Source of the DNA: Octopus vulgaris
Lineage: Eukaryota
DNA: 64,000 bases
Reading direction: 5' to 3'
NCBI GenBank assembly: GCA_951406725.2
Contig: OX597814.1
Location: forward strand, 136,648,001 to 136,712,000
The number at the start of each line of letters is the position of its first letter. The first letter of the stretch is position 1. This document shows, piece after piece, positions 1-14,045 of this stretch. A program made the position numbers and the translations under genes. The notes beneath the pieces were generated by a model. The model did no database searches, was not told where the DNA came from, and worked only from the letters and a program-made list of their open reading frames with translations.

Positions 1-830
1 TGTCGTCTTGTAGCAATATCTACGAACCATTTGTTACATTCTGATCAAATCGCAATGAACTTCATGCAGTTGAAGCAGAAATTTATTTTGTGATATCTTC
101 GGAATAATTCCTCTTGGTAAATTGAACTGCAAGACTAATAAATTATTGTGTTAATTACATCACGTTTTTTTTACTAATACTCTTTTCAATATTTCTTTCC
201 AGTCAACTATTTTCGATGAATTGTTTAATACAAATAATATCGATAGCAGACTTTATGGCTCACCCAATTCCTTTAATAGCAATTGGCATTTTATCGAAAC
301 TTTCATCATAAATTTGGAATCCAGAGTATGATTCTTATGATTTTCATCAAAATCATAATCGTATCCGTCTGGCAGTCTTGATAATGCATCAGCATTTTGA
401 GTTGCGTCGAAGCGTTATACCACACTCCATAACGCCCATGACATGACCAAACGCTAAAATCACTATGACGAAAGCACCGGTATATTTTTAGCCGGTTGGA
501 ATATGTGAATTATTATCTTGCAATCGGTGATAAATTGTAATATCTTTATACAAATTGATTAAAATTACCGAAAGTAATAGACAACCCCTCTTTTATCTGT
601 TTTTCTATATCCCTGTTGACATGCATTCAGTATTTCACAAGAATAAGTCAGTCTTTTGACATCAGAATCATATATGATTAGGAACAGTACGTTGTCATTG
701 CTACAAGACACATTGGACAAATTCGACGACGTTAGTTGTTCATGTCACAATTGGACTCGTGTTCCACTTCTGACACCATTTGTTGTAGCAACATAGGAAT
801 CTAAAAGTTTCAGCTTTAGAACTTATATTG
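1..830 (-). mobile_element. Degenerate Ty3/Gypsy LTR-retrotransposon pol remnant (RNase H to integrase zinc-binding region)
   Basis: Manual minus-strand translation gives LQFITDCKIIIHIFQPAKNIP (~478-540, like RNase H 'TDHKPL..IF'), NADALSRLP (370-396) and IIPKISQNKFLLQLHEVHCDLIRM*QMVRRYCY (like the integrase 'LH..H.G..RMK..AR.Y' motif). It contains stops and frameshifts and runs off the window start; the upstream boundary is approximate. Confidence 0.8.
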
Positions 831-2917
831 TTACAAGAAATAAAATTATTATGTTGGGCTTTTCAAACAGAATAATCCTTCCGGAAATATTACAGTCAAC
901 AGAGAAACATCTTATAGCATTGCTGCATACATATGGGTATGTATAGAAAAGAGGTTTATTTCGCAACGTACCACTTATATAGAGAGTGTATATACAGCAA
1001 CAACACCACCAGCAGTAGAAGCTGCTAGAACATGTCGAACAAAAAAAGCTTGGAAACATACCAGCAAGAAGAGGGGTAAAGTTCATGTGGTTACTAATGT
1101 AGCTCAGAATATATCACACTTCTAAGAACTGTATGAAGTTTGTTAGGGTCATAGTTTGTAAAGGATTGCGGTTCACTTTTAATTTATTAGTCTTTTTCTA
1201 TCAACTACCAAATCTAAGGCTAGAGGACAGTGTCTGTTTAGAATAGATAGACAGAGTGAATTGATTGTTTCTATTTGGGAATGGTCATAAATATTGTCTG
1301 GATTTTAGGAAATGTATAAGTAATTGTCTATAAAAGAGGCTGGGTAGGGGAAGACTCTAAATCAAGATGTTAATTACCAGTTAAAGGGGCAAGATGCTAA
1401 TGAACCTATGATGTTAATACAGAAGAAATTATCATGGGGTACAATGGATGATTGTATATTAACAATATTATTATGTTGTATGAAGATAAAATTTAAGATT
1501 ACTAAAAATGATATTATAACCAGAATAGATAAATTGTGTATATACACCAATTTTCAACATTAGAAAGGGAAGATTACATAGAATTAGTTTAATATTAATT
1601 CCCGTACTTAATTATTTACTTATAAGGTGGTTTCTATAAATAATGCTCTGGGTATATCTTTATGGAATACTGGGGTGATAAATCATGCTATCTTTGTATT
1701 AATTATAAGCTAAGAATCAGAAAAAAAAATCGGAAAAATGAGTTGTGTACAGATACATACACATATTTAACTATATGCACACATGCAAATATACACAAAT
1801 ATTTATACTTTATTATGGATATGTTATAATCAACTCTTCTAGACTTAAGTAATTAGAAAGTTTATATTTCTCTTTGAGAACATTAATAACTTATAAGAGA
1901 CAATAGGTTAATAGGTAAAGATATCAAAATAAGAAAACACAATAATAAGAAATTATAAAGAATAGTAAAAATATATATATAACTAATATATAATACTAGG
2001 GAGTATGTTCACATCATATATGGCACTAAAATTAATTTCCCTTATCCAGGTTGAAATGCAGAACCTATAAACGCTAATTTCGAAAATACTTAAATGTACG
2101 GGTGACCTTATGTATGCATGATACCCTTAGGTCTAATCTTATCCCTATACCTAAAAATTTCCTAAGTTTCCATAGAGCACAGCTCACACTCATATTGACT
2201 ATCTCTATAAGGCTGCGCTTTCCTTATAATATACCATTTACGGCTAAATCCGATTCCGCTTTCCTTCAGTTCCCGAATCTTGCTAGATAAGGACGTACAA
2301 TTGGCCTTAAGTTTAGTCCAGGAAATTAGATGGTAAAATGTTTTTATTTTTTCATTTCATTCCTGCCGAATTTTATCCTTAATTTTGTGGTTATAGAACC
2401 TAGCTGTTCTTCCTAGCGTGTTGAATCCCATGAATGGATTCCTTATGTGTTTAAATGTACACTGTATTTTATGAATAATACATAGTCTTTGGACTAAATT
2501 TTTACACGCTAGGTCACTGGACATGAAAATTTCTATTAATTTCCATTTCCCTTTGATATGATTAAATATATATATATGCATGTGTGTGAGTGTGTCTTTG
2601 TACATGCGTTGTGTTTATCCCTCCCCTCTCGCCCGTCCTTCACAACTGGGATGGGTTTGGTTTGTACTCCGACATGGCCGCAGTCCAATGACTGAAATAA
2701 GCTAAAACGTAAATTCTAAAATATAAAGGAACAAAACTAAAGTTTTCTCATGAAGATTCATTTGTTTCTGGGACAATATGATGTTGTTGTAGTGGCTGTC
2801 ACAGTTTATTTATTTATCTCTTTATTTTTCTATTTTCTATTTGATTATTTAAGTACTTAAGAGAAGCGTGGGATTTTACAACTACCAATATTTCTGTTTG
2901 CAGAATTTCTATTCCAT

Positions 2918-2952
<35 letters not shown>

Positions 2953-3198
2953 TTCATTCATTTATTTATTATTTGTTTGTTTATTTTCTGCTAAGTGGTT
3001 TGAAATTATCATTCCAATCAATTCACCACAGCTTAGTTTCAATTGTCCCCCCACCGACTCCTATCAACTTTATGGAGGTCAATTTCTAGGAACAGATATA
3101 CATGCTTCTATGTAATTTTGTAATGTCTAATTTTCTTTGTTATATTTATTTTAATTTTAATTTTGTTTTAGAAACAGGTTGAGAGAAAGAGATTAGGG

Positions 3199-3241
<43 letters not shown>

Positions 3242-3857
3242 GGAGACTGAAGAATTCTATAATCCCATTATTTCTTTCCCTTACTTATGATCTAAAAAGA
3301 AAGTCTCATTTCGATATTGTGTGCCATGTCAGTGTCATTATATCCTTTATTTGTTTCAGTTATTGGATTGTTACCAATGCTGTGGGACGCCGACTGGGCG
3401 GGTTTAGTCGAAAAAGGCGACCTCATGTGGAAGATAAGTCCTAATATGTATGCATATACATCGCAGAAAATAATGGGTGTGCAAGTTTCCGTGTCTGTGA
3501 GTACCTATGTGTGAATATGTCTGATTTATGCGTTTAAATGTCTTTATGTATATATCTCTTTCGTTCTCTTTATATCTACATATAATGAATGTGTGCGTGT
3601 GTGTGCGATGAATGCACAAATACAAGAAAAACACAAGAAGTTTAACAAAGGTGTTGTTAGTTTAACACTTGAAAGGAAAGGGGGAAATGAGTGTAATGTT
3701 TAGGGTGCTAGTCCTTCATCAGAAAAACGAAAAAGGTAGATGGGTGGTAGTAAGAAACGAAAATATAAGAAATTGAAGGGCGAGATAGGAATGTGATTTT
3801 CTGGGAACGAGAGAATGAGGTAAGATGATATATAGTAAATACGTATACACACACTCA

Positions 3858-3929
<72 letters not shown>

Positions 3930-3959
3930 TATATAGTGAAAGAGAGAGAGCGAGAGATT

Positions 3960-4047
<88 letters not shown>

Positions 4048-4121
4048 TCCTTTAATTCAGTATATCTGTTCTTTTATAGCCATCGGTAACGTGGATATAA
4101 CGGTGAGTGTAGGATAATATT

Positions 4122-4226
4122 TCGACAAGTATATGGCGTAGTGGTTAAGAGTGCCGGCTACTAACCCCAAGATTCCGAGTTCGATTCCAGGCAGAGAGCT
4201 GAATAATAATAATAATAATGATGATG

Positions 4227-4307
<81 letters not shown>

Positions 4308-4322
4308 ATAACAACAACAACA
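4122..4322 (+). mobile_element. tRNA-derived SINE head followed by (AAT)n
   Basis: Pol III A-box TGGCGTAGTGG (4134-4144) and B-box GAGTTCGATTCC (4177-4188), no pairing acceptor stem, directly followed by an (AAT)n tract. Confidence 0.65.
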
Positions 4323-4384
4323 GAAAAATACCCTAGGAATATAAAGTGGCCAGCAAGCGTAACCCAAATAGGCAAAATACATAC

Positions 4385-4905
4385 AAATACCAGCTTGCTA
4401 GAAATAGGAGTCAACACCCCAAAGCCACAAATCTCTCACTATTAGTAACCACGCACGGTTAATGCAGCGAATATAAGGAAAATAGCCCATACTTTTGCAT
4501 AAACTATTTGCCTATTTAGGGTAAGCTTACTGGCAACTTTATCATTATTATTATTATATTTAATAATGTGATAATACTTTATTACATTTGAAATGTTTAA
4601 CTTGCTCCCTTTTTGTTCGATTTTAAATGTCGCGGGGGGGGGGCATTCAGGTGAACAGACGTGCACGGTGTAGTGAATACATTTTGAAAAATAGCTGTAT
4701 ACCGTAAGCTTGGTTGACGATCCTAAGTGCTTTTTCACAAAAGATGAAATCAATTGATGCCAAGATTACTGTTGTTTACTTTGTAGTTTTTGCAAAGGTA
4801 AGGCCTATTTTTCTTATATTCGCTGCATTAACCGTGCATGTTTACTTATAGTGAGAGGTTTGTGACTTTGGGGTGTTAACTCCTATTTCTAGCAAGCTGG
4901 TATTT
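4385..4905. mobile_element. MITE/foldback-like element with ~120-bp terminal inverted repeats
   Basis: 4385-4506 (AAATACCAGCTTGCTAGAAATAGGAGTCAACACCCC...) is the near-perfect reverse complement of 4784-4905. The ~280-bp interior is non-coding. Confidence 0.7.
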
Positions 4906-4978
4906 CGGTACACTTATTTATTTGTATATATACATATACATATATACATATACATATACGTATATGTATGTATGAATG

Positions 4979-5042
<64 letters not shown>

Positions 5043-5089
5043 AACATGTAAATTTATATGCACATGCATATATTTGTATATACAGGCAT

Positions 5090-5935
5090 ATATGGGCACA
5101 GGACACCACGGAACGTAAACAACATAAAATAAACATAAATTACGAATACAACATGAAATACGGAATACGACAACATGGAATACGAGCTTTTTTTGCGAGC
5201 AACGAAAGAAACAAACGGAAAACAAGACAAGCAATACGAGAAACCGACCCTTCATCATTTGTTGGCTGTTTTTCTACATTGTATTTCGAGCATTCCACAA
5301 GATACTTCTTCGACACAACAGCTGTTCCTGCAAAGCAAATTAAATAAAATTTGGGATTTTGCGGAGGGTCAAAGTTGGTAACAAAAAGAAGACAGTGAAA
5401 ACAGACAGGAAGGGCTGCTAAGCCTAGACGAGTTGAGTTGGTGAACGCGGAGAAACAAGCTCTGACAGGGGACAGACAAGAATGCGTATAATCCCTATGA
5501 CTGATCAGAGAGAAAGAAGGAAAATCAAGTTAGAAGAAAGATGGCCGACGGTCACGTGCGAGCCATGGGAGAGGAAAGGGGGAAAAGAGTGGGACAGACA
5601 GAGAACAGCGAAGGAAAGGGGAAAAGAAGGATGAGATAGGAAAACGAAAGGAAGAGAAGAGGAGATAAATAGAATAGATAAAGGAAGAGAAACGAAACGA
5701 AAGAAGGGACAGAAAGTGTGTCGCATCGATATTATTACGATAAAACTTACTTGGAAATGGATGTGTGATGTTCAATCAGATAATAATATAAATAATATAT
5801 AAATATATATGTACATACATATATTTGTATATACAGAACAACACGGAACGTAAACAACATAAACATAAATTACGAAAACAACATGAAATATGAAATACGA
5901 CAACATGGAATACGAACGTTTTTTGCGAACAACGA
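5090..5935 (-). repeat. Interspersed repeat, probable PLE terminal (pLTR) family, with partial duplication at 5830-5935
   Basis: Related copies at 34560-35065, 52272-52815 and 60530-60900. Carries a decayed hammerhead-like motif and TGATGAAGGG on the minus strand. Confidence 0.5.
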
Positions 5936-6772
5936 AATGCGAGCGTGTGTGCGTGTATCTGTGTATGTGTGTGTGGGTGTGTGTACATATGTGGATTGTG
6001 AGCGTCTTTGTGCCTTTCTCCATCGCCGCTTGATAACTGGTGTTGGTTTCCCTATGTCCCTGTAAAACAGTAGTTCTGAAAAGAAAAAGACCGATAGGAT
6101 GACTACTAAGCTTACAAAAGTAGTGGCGGTCGATTTGTCTGACTAAACCCTTCAATGTGGTATATCCCAGCATGGTCTTAGTCCAATGTCTGAAACAAAT
6201 ACAGACTATTAAATTTGCCTTTATATTCTCGTGTTTCACCTTACCAAATATTATTTCATTCGTCTCTCTGTCTCTCCGTCAGTTTACCTCACTTCGTTTT
6301 ATATATTAGTCAACTACTCTACAAACAAACTGTTTTCTCACTTCACTTTTTCATCTTTTACCCTTTTTTTATCTTCCCTTTTCTTTTTTTTTTTTTGCCT
6401 AATATTTCTTCCCCTCAGTCTTCTTTGCATTCATTCATTTCATTCGTTTCCTTCCGCTTCTTCCATCATTTAAACATTCACAAGCCAACACTGCATCAGC
6501 AATTCTAATCAAACATTCAAATCGTTGTAATTACTTTAAAATATTTTGTAACTTTCCAACTTAAATGTCATCGGCGCATGTTCTGTATTGAGTCGGTACA
6601 CGTTCATGAGACGGTTTTGCAAATTTCAGAGTTATTCAAAGAAATTTTGTATCAAACTACAATTAATATTTGTTATGGTGATTGTACGCATTAACTGCAC
6701 ATAAATATATATATATATTTCGTTTTTGGATTTGGTTTGTAAGATTCTTTATATGGGTTCGTATGTTGAAGC

Positions 6773-6947
6773 ATATTCTGTTGTGTCTGGGGAGAGTCAT
6801 TGTCTTTTAGTGCCTTATTATTTAACATACTCACTGGTAAATTTCCACTTATTTTAGAAAATAAAAATAAGAAATAAGTGGAAATTTACCGGTGAGTGTG
6901 TTAAATAATAAGGCACTAAAAGAGAATGACTCTCCCCAAACACAACA

Positions 6948-6953
<6 letters not shown>
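6773..6953. repeat. Near-perfect long palindrome (~82-bp arms, ~17-nt spacer)
   Basis: 6773-6854 is the reverse complement of 6872-6953 with few mismatches. Confidence 0.9.
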
Positions 6954-7041
<88 letters not shown>

Positions 7042-7082
7042 ATGTATGTATGTATGTATGTATATACATGTATATATGTATG

Positions 7083-7136
<54 letters not shown>

Positions 7137-7685
7137 CATATACATATATAGGCATACACATAGATACATATACGCACACGCACACATACACAAGTGTATA
7201 AACATATATATGTACATGCATTCACATATATTTAAACTTCTATATGTGCGTGTATGTATGCATGTATACATGTCCCTATGTATGTACGTATGTATGCATG
7301 TATGTATGGTTTCACACGTTCGGTTGACCATCTGGCTGTGCTGTTAACGGATGGAGGGTTTTGAGATCGAGTAGTTGAACCGTAAAATTCATGCGGATTA
7401 CAGACAACCTTAACAGACCGTAATCTCTGCATCAGAAGCTGCAACAACGGTAGTTGCAGTAGCAGCAGCAGTAGCAGCAACACGAACATCAACAGCCGCA
7501 ACAACAACAACAACAACAACAACGGTAAGGCAAAGTTAAGAACAACGCTAACACAAAACTGCCAACAGTGACATCAATAGAATATGAAACAATATTAAGT
7601 TCTTTTAAAACTCAACGTTAAGATAAAAGTTGGACTTAGTTTTCAAATGGAAGTAGCTCGCATAAATCTTATTATAATGTCTATG

Positions 7686-7760
7686 TGGAAGAAGAAGAAG
7701 AAGAAGAAGAAGAAGAAGAAGAAGAAGAAGAAGAAGAAGATGATGATGATGATGATGATA

Positions 7761-7813
<53 letters not shown>

Positions 7814-7890
7814 GAAGAAGAAGAAGAAGAAGAAGAAGAAGAACACCACCAACAACAACAACAACGACAACGACGACGACGACGATGACA
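7686..7890. repeat. Compound trinucleotide microsatellite (GAA/GAT/CAA/GAC)
   Basis: Read directly from sequence. Confidence 0.95.
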
Positions 7891-7989
7891 AAGACGATAA
7901 CAAATGCGAAAAGACTATTACCGACAAACCGGAAGTAACATTTTTGGGACAAGATTAGGAGCGAAAGGATATAAAGTGTAAAAAAAAAT

Positions 7990-8455
7990 GGATTAGAAAA
8001 TATTTAGGGATAGTTCCTAAGGCACCTATAACTACACTTTAACCGCGTTAATCTTCATCTTTTTATTATTCTTTGTCTCATTCCGATTGTTGTTGTTGTT
8101 GTTGTTGTTTCATATACGCACAACAGATTAAACTGTTAGCGAAGAAAAATTCCTAACATTAGTAGGCTACAAGTAGCTTTGTGTGCCTAGAACCTTCCTC
8201 AATCTCCTAGCTGTCCCTAATAACACTGTTTTCTGGAACGGCACTAAACTAGGTTTCTAATCTATTTTCTCTATTGATCTGTTCAAATATTTAGGGATAG
8301 TTCCTAAGGCACCTATAACTACACTTTAACCGCGCTGTTTATAACCTCTGCAACTCAATGGCTAAGTCCTGGTACTTTGCTATTTTCTGTATGCCATTTA
8401 CATTCTCATAATTTGAGACTGTAAAGTCAATTTCCTGGTACTTTCTTTTCCCTTT
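7990..8455 (-). mobile_element. R4/Dong-clade LINE 3' fragments
   Basis: Minus strand encodes VIGALGTIPKY and FQKTVLLGTARRLRKVLGT, the typical C-terminus of restriction-like-endonuclease LINEs. A ~50-bp piece is duplicated (~7997 and ~8285). Confidence 0.7.
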
Positions 8456-8485
8456 ATCTACTACTACTAAATCTTCTAGCTTCAC

Positions 8486-8539
<54 letters not shown>

Positions 8540-8932
8540 TGGTCAGCGAGTTGGCAGAATCGTTAGCGCGCCGGGCGAAATGCTTAGCGGTATTTCGTCT
8601 GCCGCTACATTCCGAGTTCAAATTCCACCGAGGTCGACTTTGCCTTTCATCCTTTCGGGGTCGATAAAGTAAGTACCAGTTACGCACTGGGTTCGATGTA
8701 ATGGACTTAATCCGTTTCTCTGTCCTTGTTTGTTCTCTCTGTGTTTAGCACTCTGTGGGCAGTAAAGAAATAAGAATCGTTAGCGCACCGAGCGAAATGC
8801 TTAGCAGTATTTCGTCTGCCGCTACATTCCGAGTTCAAATTCCACCGAGGTCGACTTTGCCTTTCATCCTTTCGGAGTCGATTAAATAAGTACCAGTTAT
8901 GCACTGGGGTCGATGTAATCGACTTGATCCCT
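8540..8932 (+). mobile_element. SINE family A, tandem dimer
   Basis: TGGCAGAATCGTTAGC...GAGTTCAAATTCC (B-box) ...GGTCGACTTTGCCTTTCATCCTTTCGGGGTCGATAAA occurs twice. Many other copies in the window (11450-11650, 15941-16150, 17660-17835, 32565-32775, 63880-64000). Confidence 0.8.
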
Positions 8933-8950
8933 ATGTATAAATAAATATCA

Positions 8951-9030
<80 letters not shown>

Positions 9031-9032
<2 letters not shown>

Positions 9033-10840
9033 ATGAAAACTCACAGCATACTTTGCTGGGTATGATGGAAAGTGTCAGTTGTCCACAGCCAGCAGACTAA
9101 GGTGACACTTTTTTATTGACCATGCTTCAAGAACCTTGCGAAGAATCTTTGCACTTCCAAGCAATGCTGATTTTTGTAGGTTGTTCTCCTTCGCACATGC
9201 ACCAATATTTTTCAGCCATAATTGAGTGCTGATACTTCTAAGTGCACCAATTACTATTGGTATCACGTCTACTCTCTTCATTGATTACAACCTTCGTATT
9301 TCCCACTTCAAATCGTCATAGTTGTTTATTTTTTATTCTTTCACATTGATCCTGTTGTCACCTGGGCATGCTATGTCGATTATCATATGAGTGCTTCTGT
9401 CTCTTATCTTCAGGTCACTCCTCTCTTCCGTAGCCACCGGTCTTTCTTGGCGTCCAGATTTCTTGCAAACTGACCGTATATTTTCTTTTCTTTCCATGCT
9501 TTTTCCCTTTTTTGATTTTGTTTTTGTTTCCTTGTTTAAATTTTCCTTTAGTTACACAATTTTCAGTGTTGATGACGCCGGCCCTCTTCATGTTTTTCAA
9601 CAGTGGCTCCACAGCATTTTTTATATACCACCCTAGGCTGTTTTCCTTTGCTTCGATACAGTCCAGTCAACTGATCAAATCTCTCCCACCCTTTCTTCTG
9701 AACAAGTACAGCCTATCTGTACCACTCTTATGGTGGAGGGCTTCGTGTATTGTAAACGTTTTTCTGGTCTTGGTATCCAGTTTCTTCATTTCTCTCTTTT
9801 GCCACTTTATAATTCCCGCTCCAACCGAAGTGATGCTCTCGCCCATGTATTAACTGCTTGGATTTTATTCCATCCAGTCAATTTTGAGCACAACAATAAC
9901 CTCAGTTTTCGGAAATACTCTATCCTCAGTTGCTCTTTCATTTCCTTTTCCATTATCTCGTTGAACTCTAGTACCCCAAAGTATTTATATCCTTCCGTTT
10001 CAATTTGTTTAATTAAGTCTCTGTTTGGTAATAACATCCCTGCTAGGGACTGTACCTTGCCTCTTTTTAGGTAGATTACTCCGCACTACTTGATTACAAA
10101 TTCCATCCTAATATCAGTATTAAAGCAATGTACCGTGTTCACCACTTGTGTCTCATCTTTGCCATACAGTTTCAAATCATCCGTGAAGAGGAGGTGGTTG
10201 ATTGGGATTTTTAGTTGCTACTCCAGGTTCATTTTCCTAAGTACCAAAGTCAGGGGTATCATGCAGAGAACAAAAAGCAACAGAGATAGGCTATCACCCT
10301 GGAAAATCCCTCTTGTGATACCCAGGGTGCCCAAGCTTTTTCCGTAAGATGTTTGTTCAGTTTTCCATCCTACCATACTTCTCTTCAGGAAACACGTTAC
10401 ATACCTCGCAATTCCAAAACGGATCTAAGCACTCGATGATCCACGAATGTAGAATCAAGTCATAAGCTTTGCGATAGTCAATCCAGGCCATTCCCAGATT
10501 TGTTCTTCTTCGTTTACAATCTTACATTACCATTTTGTCTATCAACAGCTGATATTTGGTACCTCTGCATCTCCTACAGCTTTTTGTTCCATCTGTAATA
10601 TATCGTTCTCATCACGAGATTTATACAATTCTTCTGCAATTCCCCCTGATAGTAACTTCCACATTAATGAGAGGCAAGAAATTAGTCTGTAATTGTCAGC
10701 AGCATTTGCCTTTGATGCATCCTTCGGTCACAACACCGTTCGTCCTTTTGTCAGCCAGCCTGGATTTTTTTCTTCTCCATTGATCAATGCATTAAATTGC
10801 TCTGCAATCAATTTATGGCAACTACTGAACATTTTTATCC
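9031..10840 (-). mobile_element. R4/Dong-clade non-LTR retrotransposon, 5'-truncated and degenerate (RT plus restriction-like endonuclease)
   Basis: Minus-strand RT motifs LGMAWIDYRKAYD (~10460-10498), RGIFQGDSLS (~10285-10315), NHLLFTDDLKLYGK (~10160-10200) and YKYFGVLE. C-terminus VIPIVIGAL...LQKSALLGSAKILRKVL. The 3' end runs into (TAA)n. Confidence 0.9.
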
Positions 10841-10852
10841 AAATCATTATTA

Positions 10853-10883
<31 letters not shown>

Positions 10884-10884
10884 C

Positions 10885-11430
10885 GGTTCCCTTTCATTAT
10901 AACTTTATTTCAGATACCTTAGTAGCGGGTATCCTCTAGAGGCCAAGAATAGCAAGGGCACTTTTGTTTTGTTATGCATGCTAAAATTATCACATTTATT
11001 CCATTTAGATGGAGAATGCTTTCCGTAGTATATAGGCTGTACCCATCAAGGTTATCCTTTGTAGTTTACGGAGATTGGAGTTACCAGGGAATTGCATAAT
11101 ATACTTCTCAGCTCCCTTCTTTATCATTCCCAACGCACCAATTACTACTGGTATTACCGTAGTACTAAGCTTCCACATTTTTGTGATTTAAATTTGCAGA
11201 TCTATATAGTGAGGAAGCTTTTCGTATTAATTTCTTGAGACATTTTGATCTTGTGGGACAGGCATATCTATTAACAGACAAGTCCCTCTGTTGTAGTCCT
11301 TGGTCACAATATCTGGTCGATTAGAGTCAGTTTTCCTGTATGTTTGTATTGAGAAGTTCCAAAGGACGGTGACGCACTCGCCATTTACTACATCCTTTGG
11401 ATGATGCCTGTACCATTTATCATTCCTTTG
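10885..11430 (-). mobile_element. R4/Dong-clade LINE 3' fragment (endonuclease)
   Basis: KWYRHHPKDVV...LWNFSIQT...NRPDIV...CLLIDM.VP (PD..D nuclease motif) and LQRITLMGTAYILRKAF*. Confidence 0.8.
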
Positions 11431-11653
11431 CAGCGAAACAACATGATCATGGCGGCGTGCTGGCAGAATCGTTAGAACGCCGGCGAAATGCTTAGTAGTA
11501 TTTGCTCTGCCGCTACGTTCTGAGTTCAAATTCAGCCGAGTTTGACTTTGCCTTTCATCCTTTCGAGGTCGATGAAATAAGCACCAGGTACCACTGGGGT
11601 CGCTATAATCGACTAGCCCCCTTCACCCACAATTTTCAAGGCCAAAAGTAGAA

Positions 11654-11713
<60 letters not shown>

Positions 11714-12232
11714 GAGTGAGAGAGCAGTGCATGCCGTCAAAGTGACACTGGGGTAAAATATACGAAGCCCAATATACCCATCATGACTACCCGTCTGATA
11801 AAGGTACACCAGGTACATGCATCACAACCATATGTGCGCGACATGGTGATCTCATATCAAGATAAACAGCACATGACCTTGCAGGTGGGGCCCAGTTAGA
11901 ATTTTCTTCAGGTTGAGTAGCCCATCCCGCTCAAAAGGTCTCTGAATAAGGGTTGTTTAAGGATGTTGAAAGAACCACCCATGTTTCCAGAGGTGAATTA
12001 TTCAAACCCCAAAGAATCCCCCTCAACACATGGCCATGATGCTCCCCCACTACTTCTGCTCGTGATCAGAGATGCACATATCGTCAGCCACTAAGGGACA
12101 TGCTCAACTGGTTATGGTCAAACAACTGACAAGCAAATCTGTGGTATTGAGCAGAATATTTGCTGTAGCCCATCTTTTATACCAAGACAAAACAATGTAC
12201 ATGATAGCACTTCCAATCAGTTAAGATCAGAA
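11714..12232 (-). repeat. Interspersed retroposon-like repeat with (AAT)n tail
   Basis: Embedded in (TTA)n. Its end GAGTGAGAGAGCAGTGCATGCC...AGTGACACTGG recurs at 18004-18053. Confidence 0.55.
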
Positions 12233-12289
12233 TTATTATTATTATTATTATTATTACCATTATTATATATACACTCAATAGATTAGATT

Positions 12290-12510
12290 ATTGGAAAAGA
12301 AAAACCTAACATCGTGCTACAAGTAGCTTAAGATGCTAAGAACCCTCCTTTTGGATTACAGCAATTACTTTGTTAGTCTGAATGTTAAAGTCCCACAACC
12401 TCTTGTATTTCTTACTTTCTAATACTTTATTACGTTCGTTTTCATACCATTTATCAGTATGTTCACATCCTAGCTTTCTAGAAAGCTCCCAATGGATTGC
12501 GATCCCTAGA
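12290..12510 (-). mobile_element. R4/Dong-clade LINE fragment
   Basis: IHWELSRKLGCEHTDKWYENERNKVLESKKYKRLWDFNIQT, plus a 3' UTR similar to 8143-8180. Confidence 0.7.
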
Positions 12511-13031
12511 ATTCTGAAAATTCTGAAAATGATCAAACTTTGAATACCTGTAATATTTTTGCAAATTTTTCTAGAATAAATTCGGATTCAGCGTCAAAAA
12601 TTGCATCTATATGATACATTAAAAAAATTTTTAAGGATAATTGTAAACAATGACGAAAGCCACAAAAATTCCTCCTATCTCTCATAAACTGAGGTAAGGT
12701 AACGCTCGTCACCATCGTCATCACCACTATTATTTCTCGACATCGGAAAGTTTCAAGCAACTTTCTAACATCATTTGTTGCACCTTTGTGTTGCTGTGTG
12801 CTGCATCTTTTGCGGGGGCGGGCGATATTGTGCTGTATCAGAACGTTTTGTTATGGAGTTTTGTTTGAGTCTTCTATTATATTAGCTTTTATATTGTGTG
12901 ATATTTGAGTAGCGCTGGTTGTATTTTTCTGTTGGGTGTCGGCCTTCATTGGCACATGTGGGTTTTGTTCATTTTGTTGGGTATTTACAGAATGAGTTTA
13001 TTCTTGTGTTTTTGCGGGGTGTTGCATAGTA

Positions 13032-13062
<31 letters not shown>

Positions 13063-13149
13063 CAAGAGAGAGGGACGGAGAAAGATTGTGCACCTAAATC
13101 AACTAAGCATCCGCCGTTCTGTTGCTTGGTTTTGTTATGGGTTCCGTTA

Positions 13150-13215
<66 letters not shown>

Positions 13216-13436
13216 CATCACTTTTATTATCATCTTTCAATTCTGTTTACTTTTCTTGCCGAGTGCCTTCCAGACATCTAGAGCAGAGAAACGCACTGTA
13301 TCCATTTGCAGGCTGTTAAAATAATCACACCAAATTGTTCATTTACAAAGTCATGTAATAGAAAACGGAAGAAATGCAGAGAGAAAAAGAAAAAAATATA
13401 AAATGAAAAATAAAGAAAGAAAATAAATTAAATAAT

Positions 13437-13599
13437 AGGCGCAGAAGTGGGTGTGTGGTAAGTAGCTTGCTTACCAGCCACATGGTACCGGGTTCAGTCC
13501 TACTGCATGGAAGCTTGGGCAAGTGTCTTCTACTATAGCCTCGGGCCGACCAAAGCCTTGTGAGTGGATTTAGTAGACGGAAACTGAAAGAAGCCCGTC

Positions 13600-13697
<98 letters not shown>

Positions 13698-13712
13698 ATG
13701 TGTGTGTGTGTG
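13437..13712 (+). mobile_element. SINE family B (CORE-like), 5' half
   Basis: tRNA-like head, CORE-like TTGGGCAAGTGTCTTCTACTATAGCCTC, then internal (TA)n(TG)n. Same family as 26324-26768. Confidence 0.8.
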
Positions 13713-13814
13713 TAAGAAAGAAAAGAAATATGAGTCACAGAAAATTTGCAGGATAAAATTTATGGTGATATTAGGATCGTATTACATCATTACAAATTAA
13801 ATAAGTACCGGTTT

Positions 13815-14045
13815 CATGATTAAACGATTTACGCAGAAGAGTAGCAGTCCATAAAAAACAGATAAATCTCCCACAATACCGTCAAATTCCACTCAGTAGC
13901 CACATAGACTCTTGCGCTAGAGATAAAAATCCCAAATTTAACATATTCCATTTCTACCAATGTAAAGACAGAATCTCTACACAAGAAAGAATCAACAAGG
14001 AGAGCTTTTTATTGAAAAATTCCAAACGCATCTTAATATACAAAC
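13815..14045 (+). mobile_element. Penelope-like element GIY-YIG endonuclease C-terminal fragment
   Basis: Manual translation DLRRRVAVHKKQINLPQYRQIPLSSHIDSCARDKNPKFNIFHFYQCKDRISTQERINKESFFIEKFQTHLN matches the PLE GIY-YIG tail pattern (R..H...S.H...C ... R..KE..FI.KF...LN). Confidence 0.7.

Noticed and set aside
4122-4200. Functional tRNA gene
   Set aside because: A and B boxes are present, but the acceptor and anticodon stems do not pair and the sequence runs into an (AAT)n tail.
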